A DNA stretch of 64,000 bases from Vicugna vicugna (Eukaryota): assembly GCA_013265495.1 (NCBI GenBank), contig MU058065.1:1263527-1327526 (forward strand), written 5' to 3'. Below the pieces are notes generated by a model that ran no database searches, was not told the DNA's origin, and saw only the letters and a list, made by a program, of their open reading frames with translations. The stretch's first letter is position 1, and the number at the start of each line of letters is the position of its first letter. A program made the position numbers and the translations under genes. Below, piece after piece: positions 1 to 14,199 of this stretch.

Positions 1-100
1 TACAATTTATTTATATATATATAAATATATATAAAATATATATATTATTTATATAATTAATATATATTTATATAATAAAATATATATAAAAATAATATAT
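1..100. repeat. AT-rich low-complexity (TA)n-like tract
   Basis: Almost pure A/T with TATA iterations. Confidence 0.9.
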
Positions 101-1119
101 TCTGGCCCATTGCAGCTTTGACTCCGGCACTACCTACCTTGATTCCTCATTTGCAAAACTGGCATGATGTTCCAGAGTGTATCATCATGATTTGACGTCA
201 GCTTTCTACCCCTCATACCCTCCTTACTAGAGTAAGAGAACTACCTGAGCTTCATGGCTTTGTTATTAGCCACACACATAACAATATCAACAAAGCACTA
301 AACACACTCAAAGGAGATAACGAACCTCCTCATTGGAAGTGGACACAGGAGGGCAGCTCAGAAGCGCGGTCTCCTTAACACAGCTTCTTGTCGGGTGTCA
401 GTTTGTACACATTCAGATGAATGAAGTTTTTCTTACGCTGTTTTTGGAAGGAAGTAATTTAGGCACAGTTAAGTTAATGTCCTTATATTATGAAAACCTT
501 CTTTTCTTCTAATGGAATAACGTTGCTTGCAAATCTCTAATCTACCCCACAGACAGAGGTGTATGCCTCTGAGTCCCTAGAGAGATTTAAAGAATTAATG
601 TACTCAAGGGTATTGTTATAATTGTTAGAAAGACATAAAAAGGGAGTGTGGTTTGGTGATTTTGCAAAACATCTTATTTTATTAATAAAGTTTTTATTTC
701 CTTTGAATCCACACTATACTAGTTAATAGTATTTCTACAAATACCTATTATAAATCTATCATCACACTGTCAGCAGAATATAAAGGGAAAAACTTACTTG
801 AAAAAAACACCAGAAAAGATTTTGGTAATATTAAAAGCATAAAGTACAGAGACTAAGTAGGTCTCTCTAAGTAATTCACTGTGAACCATGTGTATCTCTA
901 TGAGGCTAAGTGCTCTGCATGATGTGTATGTTAGATGTATGTGTCAGAAACGGGGCAAATGAGAACTCACTCGTCTCTCACTAGCTGTGCTGTAAAGTCA
1001 TGAATCGCTAAGAAATCTCAATGCAGGACATCTCATACTGCTTCCCAATGAGCAAATGTGTTCTGTCTACACTGGGGTTTTTCGATGCTCTGCACCTCAT
1101 TCTACTTTTGGCTTTTGCT

Positions 1120-1331
1120 CTTATATCCATTTAGAATGTCCTGCCCACAGATTTCGATCATCTCACTTCACATGTCACCTCTTCAGGGAGACTTGCCGTA
1201 CCTTTAGTGGTTCTCCTTTTGTCCTGAAATTCTCTTTTACTTTTGCAACATGATTTTATTGTATCCTCTATGTCTAGAACAGTGCCTAGCACATAAAAAG
1301 CAACAGATGTTGAGTGAATGAATGAATGAAT
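1120..1331 (+). mobile_element. LINE-2 3' end fragment
   Basis: ctagaacagtgcctagcacata...gttgagtgaatgaatgaatgaa matches the L2 3' terminus with its (GAAT)n tail. Confidence 0.8.
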
Positions 1332-2084
1332 AGTCAAATTGTCCTATGTCAACCCCATGGTATAGGTGGACTCAAAGCCAATACAATACACAGCCAATAT
1401 TTTAAAATAGTTACTTTGGAATTTGATGTTTTATTCATTAAAAACAAAACAAAACACTCCTGGGGAAAAAAAGCAAGAAACAATGTAGCCAATAGTGGAG
1501 AGATTTCTCCTGCTCTAAATATGCCAGGGCAGGTTGGCCATCATTTATGCCTTGACAGCTCCCTCCTCGGGGGTGTGGAGGAAGAAAGACAAGACAGGCC
1601 AGCATGGGAGGATGTGTGTGGACTAACGCAGGCCTCTTAGGGAGGTTTTCCCAGGCGCTGCCTCCTGCCCCACTGTATAAGGGCAGTGGGAGTTTTATAA
1701 TATTTTTTAACACAGTTGGCAGCCATAATGAGAACCTGGAATCTCATTTCATTCTGCCTCAGATTCCAGCCTTTGCATCATCAATCAAGCTGCCCTAATG
1801 TTTTCTTGAAGTGAAAGAACAAAAAAATCATGGAAATAATACAAAGTTCTTTCCCCAGCTACTTAAAAATTCTTGCATGTAAAAAAGATATTGTCACCCA
1901 GGTAAAACAAAGAAAAGAGAATAGGACTGAACCAATTTGTGAGTTGATTATGGGGAAAAACAACTTTTTCCCCTTAGTAATCTGCATATTCATAAGAGGG
2001 AAGAGCAGCACTGTATTTTACAGTATCTCCATATATGAAATATAATAATATACACATAATAAGTATTATGTATGTATGTATGTA

Positions 2085-2350
2085 TCTATATGCTAACTCT
2101 GTGCTCGTCACTGGTAATACAGTAGTGAGCAAACTGGCTGAGTACTGTGCTTTTGTAGGAATTACACCCTAGTGTAATTGGAGAAGGCCAAAATAGATGA
2201 ATAAATGAACAATACCATCGCATAGCACCTTGTAATTACTATACAGAAATAAAAGACTATGAAAGATATAACAGAAAATAATGGGAGGGTGATGGTGTCC
2301 ATAACTTGAGAGATTAGGAAAAATTAAAGTAGCTCCCCTATGATGTCTGG
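2085..2350 (-). mobile_element. LINE-2 fragment
   Basis: ctgtgct...ctggtaatacagtagtgagcaaa resembles the reverse complement of the L2 3' region. Confidence 0.5.
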
Positions 2351-2835
2351 GAAATTCTGGAAACAGAAAATTATTGTCCATGATTAAATTCAGTCTCTCT
2401 TGATCATATCTAACACATAGGATTTTTTCCTTTGGGAAATTATGCTAACTCTGGAAAATTTCAGGCAGAACTTTGCCCTCTTCCTTCCACCGTGTGCTCC
2501 CCGACCCCCAGCCCGACCCCCAGCTCTGGTTCATTGTGAAGCATCGTGCTTAGCCCAGCTTCTTCTGCTCTGTTCAGTTCTCAGCTGGTTGCTCTACTTC
2601 AAGGACTCTGAGGTCTATTCATTGCTTGCCCCTTCCTCTTGAGAAAGAATCCTGTCCTTCCCACTTTCCAATCATGCAGTATGCTCATGGCCAAGCTCTT
2701 TCCTCTCCAGTCTGGTCTGTTCCTGGGTTATTCGCTGGCATCGCTCAGCTTGACCCAGATGCTGGGACTCATTCCTTGTATGTTCTTCCCAGAGGCAATC
2801 GTTACCCAAGAATTCTAGTTTATATACAAGATGGG

Positions 2836-2914
2836 GTGTGTGTGTGTGTGTGTGTGTATGAGAGAGAGAGATAGAGAGAAACAAAAAGAAAGAGACAGAC
2901 AGACAGACAGACAG
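2836..2914. repeat. Compound microsatellite (TG)n-(AG)n-(GACA)n
   Basis: Directly visible tandem runs. Confidence 0.95.
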
Positions 2915-4189
2915 GGAAGGAGAGAGGGAGTTAACTCAGGTCCATGGTGTCTTTTTACTCATTCCCCACTGGATTTAAGCATTTCCAAATAGTTCAAGGT
3001 CCTTAAAATGGTATGAAGTGATAGGGTGCTGTTCCCTCGCAAGGAATAACTAGCACTTTTTCTGAACAAGAACATGATATATCCTCTAATGCCAATACTT
3101 CAAACGCAGCATTCTTCTTCATTCCTTTGTCTCCAAGTCTGTGGGAAATGAACTGCCAATTTAGGAATGTCCAGCAACAAGTTGGAAGGGGTATATGAAG
3201 CTGAAGTGATGCTAAAATTTAATTAGATCTTAGGGAAAAAAGATACCTCTAGTATCTAAATAGAATGCTAGGTAAATTGAAGAAGAAATCTAAGCAAATG
3301 TGCAGTAGTAATTAGTGGATATATTTAAACTCAATCTTAGTAATTATCTGTTAAGGATAGGAGTCAATAGCTCTTCCAGGGACCTTGAACAAATCGTACA
3401 GTAATTCTTTGAATTAAAAGTTTCCCAGTTTTACCATTTTCTATTTTCTGACCTAAAACAATGATACGTAGTGTCCTAGGGTGTACATATTATGTGTTCT
3501 GAGATCTACCTATTAAAAAAAAACTGTTAATAGAAAACATCATTACTTTGTTGAAAATTAATAATATCTTGGTATTTACATACCACCTCAAAGAGTTAAA
3601 ACCTTATACCCCATTTTAACCCACAAGGAACAGCTCAGTTTCTGCTTAATTGTTCCACAGGTGTTAGTTTGCATGTTTCCAATATGAAATTTATTTTTCC
3701 TTTCCTGGCCATATTTCTAACCTCTTCAGATCATTTTTACATTTTCTTTTCACCCTCACTTATGAATTCAAACCATCCAATTTAGCATCATTTGTAAATT
3801 TAATTAACGTATTTGTCAGCTGCTAATGATGTTAAACAAAAACCCCGTGTGTTACTATAACGACATCAAAGTCAGCCCACTTTGTGTGACAACTGGTGAT
3901 GCAAGAGGAATGTGATGTCTTCACCACAAAAGGTGCAACTGAGAGCAGAACTTAGCAAATTGGAAAAAAATGGATACAATGTTTTTGCTCTTATATTCTA
4001 TGAAGACCAAGAAATTTAGTCAGAATATTAAAAGCAATGGGGCAGCTATACAATTTTTTTTCCCTTGTTTTGGTCCCTTGAGGTCAGTGTTAGGAATGTG
4101 AGGACAATTCTGAGTTCCTTCCCCCTTGAGATTCCTAGATGGTTTCAAGTTAATAATTATAATACCTGGTGTTGACTGAAGAACTAATG

Positions 4190-4715
4190 GGCGTTGTGCT
4201 TGGCACTGCAGTATTTTAAAAGCCCTTAAGACACAAACTGATTTTAGGGAGCTCACATTTTGTCAGGGACAAAGAATTATAATGAATTTTAAACCAAAAT
4301 GAGAAGAGTAAAATGAGCCATAGAGCAGAGAGGAGAGAGGGAACCAGGTGATGAGAGGAGCTCAAGAAGAAATGACGTTTAAATTGAGTTTTTAAATAAG
4401 AATTTAATCCAGCGGAGAATAAGATTGTCAAAGGGAGAGACATACGTGTGCAAAGGTGTTTGAGAGCGAGTCCCTTTCTGATGCTGGGAAACAGCAAACT
4501 GGCTACTGTGGTTGGAAGAAAATGCACTGGAGGTGAGGATGGGTGGAAATGGTAGATGATAAAGTCTGAGGACAGAAGAATGGATCTTGCATACCTCGTA
4601 AAGTGTTTGAAGTTTACCCTGCAGGCAGCTGAGTAGGGCTGGTTCTGCATAGAATTTTAAGTTGGACACCAACATGATCAATTTATGTCAATATTGATAA
4701 CTGGACTGATGTGTT
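4190..4715 (-). mobile_element. LINE-2 fragment
   Basis: gggagctcacatt, gtgtgcaaagg and ggctactgtggttgga motifs typical of antisense L2. Confidence 0.7.
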
Positions 4716-5577
4716 AAGGAAATTTCAATCAATTTCCAATATGTATGTCTTTCAAAGCATTCCAATAGAAGTTACTTCCTTTAGCTGTAATAATAGCAAG
4801 ATATGCAAATAAAAATTCCACAATATAGGAAAGGATACTGAATTTTGCTACTGATTTCTCCTCCATCCTTGAGATGACATTTATTATCATTAAAATAGAG
4901 TTTACTCTTTTTAACAATGGCATCATACAAAATGTGCGATGTACTGAAAACAGGACTATGATGTTCAAGAAAATATTTTTCTCTAATTTTCTAGTTATGT
5001 TATAATTAGTTAACAAGGTTTTTTTAAAGCCTTGTTCAAAATGTGGCTAATTATATATTTGTATTTATCTAATATGTTTACTTAATTTTCTAGTTATTTT
5101 AGAAATAACTAAGTATGTGTTAGAATTTTAAGCTCTGTGATTAAAAAAAAATTCCTAAATCATTTCCATACACTTTCCTCCTTTAGTAAATATAATTAAC
5201 GTGATATTAGTGCTGATGACACAATTTTTCAGTTAATTAGGGTTAAAACCTGAGTAACAATTCCCTTTTTTATATATTAGCAAACATCTGAATGCAGATG
5301 GCATAAAAACAGAAATACGTTTTCCTCAAGAGATTATGAACGGCTTCAAAACTATAAAACTTATTAGTGGGGAACGTTTGGTTACTTTATTCCTAAATAG
5401 AAAGTCAAAAAGTTAGTTAAGAAAGCTTTAAGCTAATAGCACTGAGCATGACGTCAGCTACATATTAAATTCAAGAGGTCGGTTAAATCACTTATAATGT
5501 AAATTGATTAAATATATGACCATTATCTGTTTTACTGACAGCTGTTCACCATTTCCCTGAGGCTTACCACCTGCTGT

Positions 5578-5860
5578 TGTCAATATTTATTGAGCATTCA
5601 CGAAGATTTAGGTACTGAACACACCCAGTGCATTGAGTCTCCCTGACTCACAGTGGTTTACCTTCTGCTAGAACATCACCTGGCTGTTACATACATTAAA
5701 CAGGTCACAGCGAGATACAAAAGCAGTTCCACTTAAATAGTCATTCAGCCCATATTCTTTGATGTCGTTTGTGTATCCCACACTGTGCTAGCAGCTTGAG
5801 ATGCACGTAGAGAGAGAGAGAAGGACAAATAGGAAGGATGTGATCTCCACCTTTGTAGGA
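5578..5860 (-). mobile_element. LINE-2 3' end fragments
   Basis: caatatttattgagcatt and cattcagc...tgtgtatcccacactgtgctag resemble antisense L2 termini. Confidence 0.55.
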
Positions 5861-7854
5861 TAGATCGTTAGAAATGTCATAAACGCTAAGAAAATTAGAA
5901 AAAATTAAAAAGTGCTGTGGAATTCCATAATTCAGGTGCCAGGTTAAATTTAAGAAGTAAAAAAAATCTCATTTCTTGTAGTTCCTTTAGTTTTGCCCTA
6001 GTTACTTGTTATTTTTTAGGCTTATTGTTGAGATACAGGCGTTCATTTTCTTCATTTCAGCAAAGTTATTCAGTTTTACAGCCAAGTCTATTGGTATGAA
6101 ACACTGGAATGCTCATCCCAGCAATTTGGAAATATTTCATGTATGATAGCGCCATTGATGGGACAGATTAAAATGAGGCGTTTGTGTACTGCTGCCCTCC
6201 AGAAAACCCCTTGTGCTTATGATTTGTGAATTTCAAGCTCTAACATGAAGTGAAGGTTAGAATAATGGGAGGCTAGTTTAAGAATATTAAAGCTGATAAA
6301 ACTGAGTAAAATATATGAAGAAATAAAAGGAGACATTGCAAGGTGTCATCAGATTCTTAAGAAAATATCAAATTACTTATGAAACTGGCTTTCCTTTTAG
6401 CATAATCATAGAAACAATGTGGCATTTTTTAAATTAAAACTCTATAATTAGGAAATTATAGAAAAGGCATTTCTAAAAGAAGGGAGCCAGAAAATATTAA
6501 ATCTAAATGATTTTTCTTTTTTATTACATTTTCCAAGTGTTATTCATGTTAACTTTTCCTCACCCAAATGTATGTGCAGTATTTCTGCAATCAAATTGGT
6601 TTAGAAATGAAATGCATAATGTTCCATTATTTTCCTAGAAATCTAAGGAACAATGTTCATGTGGCTCTTTTTATCAATCAGAATTTTGATCACCATTGTA
6701 ACTCGGAGAGGATATGATACAAGAAGCGAGGTGAATTTTCTGTCCCTGCAAAAACAGTAATAAAAAACTGATGGTGACATTATTACTTCTTATCTTCTAA
6801 GCTTCATTATTCATCTGTCTTATGTCATTTCTCAGCCACATTAACGGTTCATCTTTCCTTGGGTGTTTCTGATACTTAACAATGGTTTAATTATAGCTAC
6901 CCAGAATAATATGGAGAACAAAATGATGATACACTATAAAGGATATTTAATTTCCCAGTGTTGGCCACAAAAGAAGTTTCATCTAAATGCCTCTATTAAT
7001 TATGACTAGAAGTCTAGTCCCAGATCTGCAGAAATGGATGGTAATATTGCCCAGAGTGTTGGCACTTCCCATTGATTTAAACTGTTGGATAAAACATATT
7101 CAAGAAGATACAGTCATGAGTAATATATAGGTTCCCTGGACCTTCTCCACTTACTCATTACACAACTCTCTTCTCTCCCAGTCCTATTGTAATCCATGAC
7201 TAATTTATAGCAGCTGAAAGCTGACCTCAAAGAAAAACCTTCCCTTCTGCTATCTTTTGATCACTGTGGCAGCTACAAACTAAAACAGTTTGCAAATCTC
7301 TCAGTCTGGGCATCCAGGGATAGACTGTCAGTGAGGGGGTAACCTTTACTGAGCCTCAGCGTGTGTGCAGGGCATTTGGGATATTACAAAGGTACTGAAG
7401 TTCCTGCAAAAACCCTAAGCATCAGGGGCTCTTAGAGTAAAAGACAGCAATCAATTCCGGGATAAATCTAGGACCGTATAAAGGAGATCTATTCCTGCTA
7501 GAAATTTTTCCATAAACCTTCCTCTTCAACCTCTGAGCTTTTACCGAGATACTGATGGGGTTGCCTGTGACATAAGTTTATAATTCAGCTGTCCAGGTTC
7601 AGTCCTGCCCAAAGAAGTCAACAATTTGAGGGAGATAATCGTGAGAACAATTCCTCTTGGAAGGAAAGAATTTAACTGTAGACTCGAGAGAAACATCATA
7701 GTATTCTTTTAATATGGACAACTGCATTTCAGTTAACAATATATTTAAGACTTTCTGTCCTTTAGCGGTTAACTCCATTACCTAATTTGGAGAGCTTTAT
7801 GGGACATATTTGTTATTTGTAGGTACGCCATTCCCACATGGGAAGAGACAAACA

Positions 7855-8038
7855 TGGACTGAAGGGGATAATGACTCGGGAGCATGAGATTTCTTTTTGA
7901 GGTGATGAAAATGTTCCAAAAATTAATTGTGGTGCTACAATTCTAGGAGTATACTAAAAGCCATTGAATTGTGCTATTTCAACGGGTAGAATATATTACA
8001 AGTGAATTACATCTAAATAAAGTGGATTTAAAAAAAAA
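7855..8038 (+). mobile_element. Old LINE-1 (L1M) 3' end
   Basis: ttctttttgaggtgatgaaaatgttccaaaa...gaattacatctaaataaag followed by an A-run; typical L1MB/MC 3' UTR end. Confidence 0.85.
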
Positions 8039-9140
8039 TCCCTGTCTGTATCTGTGGGCTTCGCATCAAATAAAAGCCACAACCAGCATTCTTGTTCCTC
8101 TCTTGAATGATCATATTTGACTGTTTACAAAATTTAGTTTACTCATGTCCCCTAGCCAACATAAAAGAAAAATAAAGGCTTTGAAAGCTGAGCTGTTAAG
8201 AGTCTGAATCAGACGTTACCTAACGCACATGATTTAATGAGACACAACCTTTTTGATTACCCAGCTGCATTCAATTATCCAAAAGGCAGACAAAACAAAT
8301 AGTTGTTCTCACCATTCTCTGCCTTGGAGGAGTACCCTTTGAGCTCTGACTGTGCATGTGGGCTCTTGAGGTTGTTTCTTTCTCCTTCATCTTTCCCCCA
8401 AATAGTTGTCAGACTAGGCTGGGACTCAAACATTAGGGTTAGCAGAGTGAGACTGGGTTGTTTTCAAAGCACTACTGTTCCACAATTCCTTTTTTTTTTT
8501 TAAAGTCCATTATAATACATAAAAGATGCTTTAAAACATATTATCTTATTCCTAAGTAAGCCATAGAAAATGTATGTGTTTTATGACTTGTTTGCTTTCA
8601 TCCTTTCCCAAATGGTGAAAAAAATAAATTAGGTTTTGAAAGAGATTGTGAAAGAGGTATATGTAAAAAAAAAAAAACAAATACCAAAGCAAAATCAAAC
8701 CAAAATAACCTAAAAGTACCCAATAATCCTAGAGTGAAAATAGAAAGATGCCAGGTAGACGGGACCACCTGGCTGCCACAGCTGCAAGATAAAACTTTAT
8801 GAAAGCTCGTTCATTGCCTCCGTTTCCCCAAACCAGCTCCCTGCCCCAGGTTCCCTTCTGAAATTGGTTTGGTTCTAATGCAAACTCCAAGATATAAAGT
8901 ACTACATGGAGTTGGTTCTTCAAGTTCGTTGTAAGTTCTAGTTATTCCTAGCTTGAAAGAAATCTTGAAGTTAAAGCCAGCTCCAGGGCCAATTTGAGGC
9001 TCTAAAATTAATCCTGATTAAATCTAAAGTGATCAGTTAAGAAAACAGGGTGGTCAAAGCAATACCTCAATCTAGCCCTTCATGTCTGGGTCACGAGCTC
9101 AGTCTTTCATGCTACTCATCTTTGAAACCAACAGGGATCA

Positions 9141-9379
9141 TTTTATTTTATTTATATATTTTTAATTGGGAGATAATTGACACATAACTTTACATTCATT
9201 TCAGGTGTACAATGTCAGGATTGGCTGTTTGTACATGTTGCAAAATGATCACCACAATAAGTCTAGTTTACATCCATACATCCACACATAGCTACAAAAT
9301 TTCTTTTTATGATAAGAAATTTTAAGATCTACTCTCTTAGCAACTTTCAAATCTGCAGTACGGTATTATTGACTACAGT
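9141..9379 (-). mobile_element. LINE-1 3' end (L1MA-like)
   Basis: T-rich tail then aattgacacataac...tttcaggtgtacaa...ttaagatctactctcttagcaactttcaa. Confidence 0.85.
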
Positions 9380-9559
9380 GGGCAGAGACTGTTAAGAATT
9401 TTGGAAATTTCACTCACCATTCATATCCTGGCAGTTGATAATATATTGGCTCATTAATGGTAACTACCTGAATCATCTTTCCTTGTTCGTCTTTCTACCT
9501 CCACCCCCTTTAGGCCTCATTATTTAGCCTCTGCTAGTCTCCCAGTTTTCATCATTGAG

Positions 9560-10010
9560 ACGTACCCTTTCTCATGGATTTACCTAGCACATTTATGAAT
9601 ACCAACCAAATCCTCATCTCCAATCTAGTTCTCTTACTCAAGTGCCAGAACTCAAAATGCCAGTCAGGCACTTCAATTTAGATTTCATGAAAGCATTATG
9701 ACCACGACTGAACTCTCCATACCCACTCATCTCCAAAAGAACCTTCCATCCTAACTACTATGTTTTGTCAGAAGCTAATTACCATTTTCTCAATTTCCTG
9801 AGCTATAAGTGCTAGTGTGATTTCGAAGCATCATTTTCCTTCATTTCCTGTATCCATTCAGTCACTAGGTCTTACTGATTTTTCCTTTAAATTATTGCAT
9901 ATTTACATAATCCTTTATATTTACATTGTCATTTTCAAAGTATAACACCTTCATAAACTTTTCCCTGGATTACTAAAACAGCCTCTTGGCTGACCTCCTC
10001 ATTCCTCCTG
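9560..10010 (+). mobile_element. LINE-2 fragment
   Basis: ccaaatcctcatctccaatc...ctgaactc...cctggattactaaaacagcctc matches the L2 body. Confidence 0.7.
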
Positions 10011-11939
10011 GATTTCAGAGTCAGACACTTGGAATTAACGTTCAGCATAGCTCTGAAATAATCTCCCTTAATCACTGCATGTGCATGTTGGTCCGGGGTT
10101 CAAAAGCCTTGCTGGCTCATTCTTTGTGATGGTTTGTCTGACATCTCTCTCTATTTGCAAATCAAAAAATTTTATTGGAGGTCATTTAAAAACCTGAACT
10201 TCTGAATATACTCTGCTCAGATTAAAACATTCATTAATTTCCATTCCTTTGAGTTACGACAGAACATAGTTTATATAACCTAAATCATCCACTAACTACA
10301 TAAGGCTTTGTTTTGTCAGTATTTTCTCTGGAGTGTACATTGAGATTCTTGGGTGTAGGGACGACGTCCTGTGTGGCGCACTGATAATGATGAGGGTGGT
10401 TTACTGATGATGGCACTGATTTTAACAAGTCACTCCCAACAGTTCAACACAACTACGTTAGCACATAAACTGATCACTCCTGGAAGGAAAGAAAGAGTGA
10501 GACAAGGCTGGCCGCCCGGGTTTAGGGAAAAAGTTCTTCCGAGGAATGGACAAGAGCCAAATCTGTAAAGATAAGGCATCCAACAAATGCATGTTTGGGA
10601 GATGGGGAGATGAGCAGAAAAGGGGCTTCTAGGAAGTGGAATCTGTCCAAATCAAAGAGCATGGAATTTCCTTCTAGTCAATTCGACAGATTCTAGAAGC
10701 AGAATAAAGTCTTGCGAAAAGGGAATGGCTGTAAATACTTAAGAGAGATGAAGATTCACAGCCCATGAGACTGATGTTTGGGACTATGGTTCAGCAGACC
10801 AGGGCGTGGGACCAAGGGACCAGACAGGGAGCTAATCAGGAAGACAGTGCTGGTCTTTAGGTAAAACAAGGGGGTCACAGCCTGGTGGGGTCAATCCTTC
10901 CTAGTTGGAGGACAATTTTTGTGGGTCAGCTTCAAGCAAGAGGGGTTTTCTATATATGTTTCTAGGTTCTTTCCTCCTCTTTCCTCTTGGTCAAACATGA
11001 AGTGGGAAATTCTGATGATGGGGGTGAACCCACAGGCCCACATTTTTCAGTTGAGAGAGCTAATCTAAAATAAATCTGTAAGTATCAGAAGTGCGATGTC
11101 TTTTTTTCTTTTTTCTCCTTCCTGGACCAGCACCAGGCAGTAACCTAGGCAGTGTCTAATTTGAAGACTCTTTTGCATGAAACACATCTGGACCAGACTG
11201 GAAGTGTAAGAGGAAGGGCGGACAGAGAGCTGGCAGGCCATCTCACTCTCATACTAAAGCACTTCCTCCAGCATCAGCAATGAGGGCCGAACACGTTGCC
11301 TAGGAGAAAAATACCTGTCCAGAGATGGTTTTTCTCTCCTTGGATAAGGTAGATTAAAATGTCCAAAATCAGTTTATTACCTCAAATCAAAGAGGACCAG
11401 TTTTCTTAGAAGAAACTGGAGGATTGGACATATTCCAGAGATAAGTCAGGTAATAAAGGGGTCAGATCTGTATGCCAAGACTCTGTACTGGTTAGCAAAC
11501 CATAGGTTTGAGGAACCCTTGCCCAGGAACCCTGCCATGTTTCTCTACTTCAGCAATAAGGAATATGCTGAATGTTGTCTTTCTGGGCATTTTATTAAAA
11601 AACACCAATGCCACCAAAAATATGCAAAACAAAACAAACAAAAGAAAGCCTTCTGTTGTTTCCCTAAGGACAAGTTTTGGTTGCTGTTCTGTATGGAATA
11701 AAGATTTACTAAAGCCTGAAGTAATGGAATAAAGAGTAATTAGTTAAAGGCAGGTCTTCTAAGGGCTGGTTATCTGCTTTATCATATTTTGTTGAATATA
11801 ATATAAAATGTGGCTAAAATTAAAGAATACATTGCTTACTTTCACTGTAAGATGTATCTAGGTTTTGAGGGAGGCAATGATCTAAGTGTCTTTAGAAACA
11901 TTAATGCTATCGCATGTACACTATCTTTAAGATAAAGTC

Positions 11940-12045
11940 ATATTCATTCATCCCACAACATCTTATGTTTTGTCAGACACTGTTCAAAGCAGTGAAGATA
12001 TAGTGATGAACTAGACTAAGGGCCTTGCTCTTAAAGAAATGACAA
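11940..12045 (-). mobile_element. LINE-2 3' end fragment
   Basis: ttcattcatcc...tgtcagacactgttc...gatatagtgatgaactagac. Confidence 0.65.
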
Positions 12046-12489
12046 GGAAACCGAGCACTGTCAGGAGCTTCTTGGAGCCACCTTTTCTATCATTTCTGCC
12101 ACTCTCTGTGTGCTGGCTTTGTTTCCTGAAGGTTACTTTCTTTATATTTTGAAAACACAGATGCCTATAGTTCTTGGCCTTGCAGCTTTTCAAAAAAAAA
12201 AAAACTATGGAATTTTTTTAATTTATCAGTTTGGTTGGATATCCATTCCTTATTTAATACATAGTGATTGAAATAAAAGTGTTCAGACTTGTGAGAAGGT
12301 AGCAGCCTCCTTTGAAAAATACAGTCACAGCAGGGGGAGGAACATTCCCTGAAGAACTGCCAGGAGAGCATCCAGAAGACTGGCCAGTGCGCCACACAGA
12401 GCGCCTGACGAATTCTTCAAATAAGTTGTTTACATTTTCAGAAAAAGTCGGAATTAAAAGGCATGAACAATGAAAGAGAAAGTATAAAA

Positions 12490-13265
12490 AGCCTTGCAAA
12501 AACCAACAGCTAGAGGGCTCAGAAAAGTAAGCCGATATTTCAGCTTCTGCCCATGACAGAGAAGCCAGAAGACAGAGCTAGAGTCAAGCAAATGAACTGC
12601 CTGTTAGATCAAAATAGAACACTTGCCAAAAGCAACATAATCTCAAGTTTCTATAGCACATCAGTTATCAGGCCCAAAACAAAAATTTTCAAGTATTACG
12701 TATTCAAAAAAACAGGAGGATATGACTGAGAAAAACAAAAAAGACAATAGAAGCTGACATGTAGATGACTTGGATATTGGAATTCATTTTTAAAAAAGGA
12801 CTTCAGAGCACCAGTTGCAAATATATTTGTGGCTTTAAAGGAAAATGTGGTCATAATGAATAAATAGACAATCTTAGCGATGAAAAAGAAGCAAAAAAGA
12901 ACCGAATAAAAATTCTAGAATTGAAAGTAATAAAATAATCTGAAATGCAAAATTCACTGGATTGGCCTTAAAGCACATCAGAGATGTCAGAAGAGTCAGT
13001 GAACTTCAAGCTAAATCTGTAGAAGTCTATAGATTATGTAAGATTATATAGATTATATATCTATAAGATATATAAAGGAAAAAATATCTGAAAAACACCA
13101 AGTAAAAAAAGAGAAAAAATTAACAGAGCCTCAAATATCTATGAAATAATGTCAAGTGGTCTAGTATATCTGTAAGTTGAGTCCCAGAAGGAGAGAAAAG
13201 TAAAAGAATGGAGTGAAAAAAAATTAAGAAATAATTTCCCATTTTTTTCAATTTTGGGTAAAATC
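12490..13265 (+). mobile_element. Old LINE-1 (L1M) ORF1-region remnant
   Basis: A-rich; gaaatgcaaaattcactggattggcctta and gagtcccagaaggagagaaa are characteristic of the L1M ORF1 region. Confidence 0.75.
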
Positions 13266-13276
13266 ATACACATAGA

Positions 13277-13612
13277 CTTCTATTTACTATTGTACTGGAG
13301 GCTTTAGCCAGGGCTATGAGGCAAGAACAAGGGGAAAAAAGCATCCAGATTGGAAAAGAAGTGACACTATGCCCACTTGTATATGGCAGGATATTGTATA
13401 TAGAAAATCCTAGTAACTAAGCACAGACACCCACAACCTGCTAGAACAAATACATGACTTCAACAGGGTCGCAGGATACAAAGTTGATATACAAAAATAC
13501 ATTGTACTTTTATACGCTAGCAATGAATAATTTGAAAATGAAATTAAGAAAACAATTCTACTTACAACAGCATCGGAATGAGTAAAACATTTAGAAATGA
13601 ATTTAACAAAAA
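13277..13612 (+). mobile_element. Decayed LINE-1 ORF2 reverse-transcriptase fragment
   Basis: Translates [45 protein letters not shown] and LLEQIHDFNRVAGYKVDIQK, matching L1 ORF2p LLFNIVLEVLARAIRQ...FADDMIVYLENP. The catalytic FADD is lost and stops are present. Confidence 0.95.
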
Positions 13613-14199
13613 CTCTCCAGGAGGCGTTGTTTGCTTGGAGTTGTGTTTTAGGAGGATCCATTCACAGACCGTGATGGGAGTTGTCATCCTAGGAGCTGTG
13701 CAACGTGGCAATTGGCTCTTTTTTTTTTTTAATATATATATGACAAGAATGATTTCAAGGACTGGTAATAATTACAAAGCCAAGACCCTTAGAAAAATCA
13801 CATCTTACAGGAGAAACTCAAACACACATGCACCCACTCACACACAAATGCGCTCACACACACACACAATAATTCCAGCGCAATGAGCTAAACACTACAT
13901 TTATAGTATGCATTTGTAGTATGTAGTATGTAGTATGTTTACACCTGGTAGAGTTAGGCAAATAGTCCTCAGAATTACACAGGGACTTCAAAATGCATCA
14001 TGAAAAGTGATGAAAGGAACTGGAGTTTTTAGACAAACACAACAATTACAGCAAAAAACAGAAATACATGAAATACTCCAGTTCAATAACACAGCTCCAG
14101 CGTTGAGTAAAAATCTAAGTTAAGTGCCGTTTTAAGGGGAAAGCCTAAAATAAAGGAATGCAAACAACTTAAAAGAAACATAGTAAAATACTTATTAAT

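Noticed and set aside
8883..8936. TATAAAG inside a 7-bp inverted repeat followed by gtaagt, as a promoter and first exon
   Set aside because: The implied exon would be only a few bases long, and such motifs are common by chance in AT-rich DNA.
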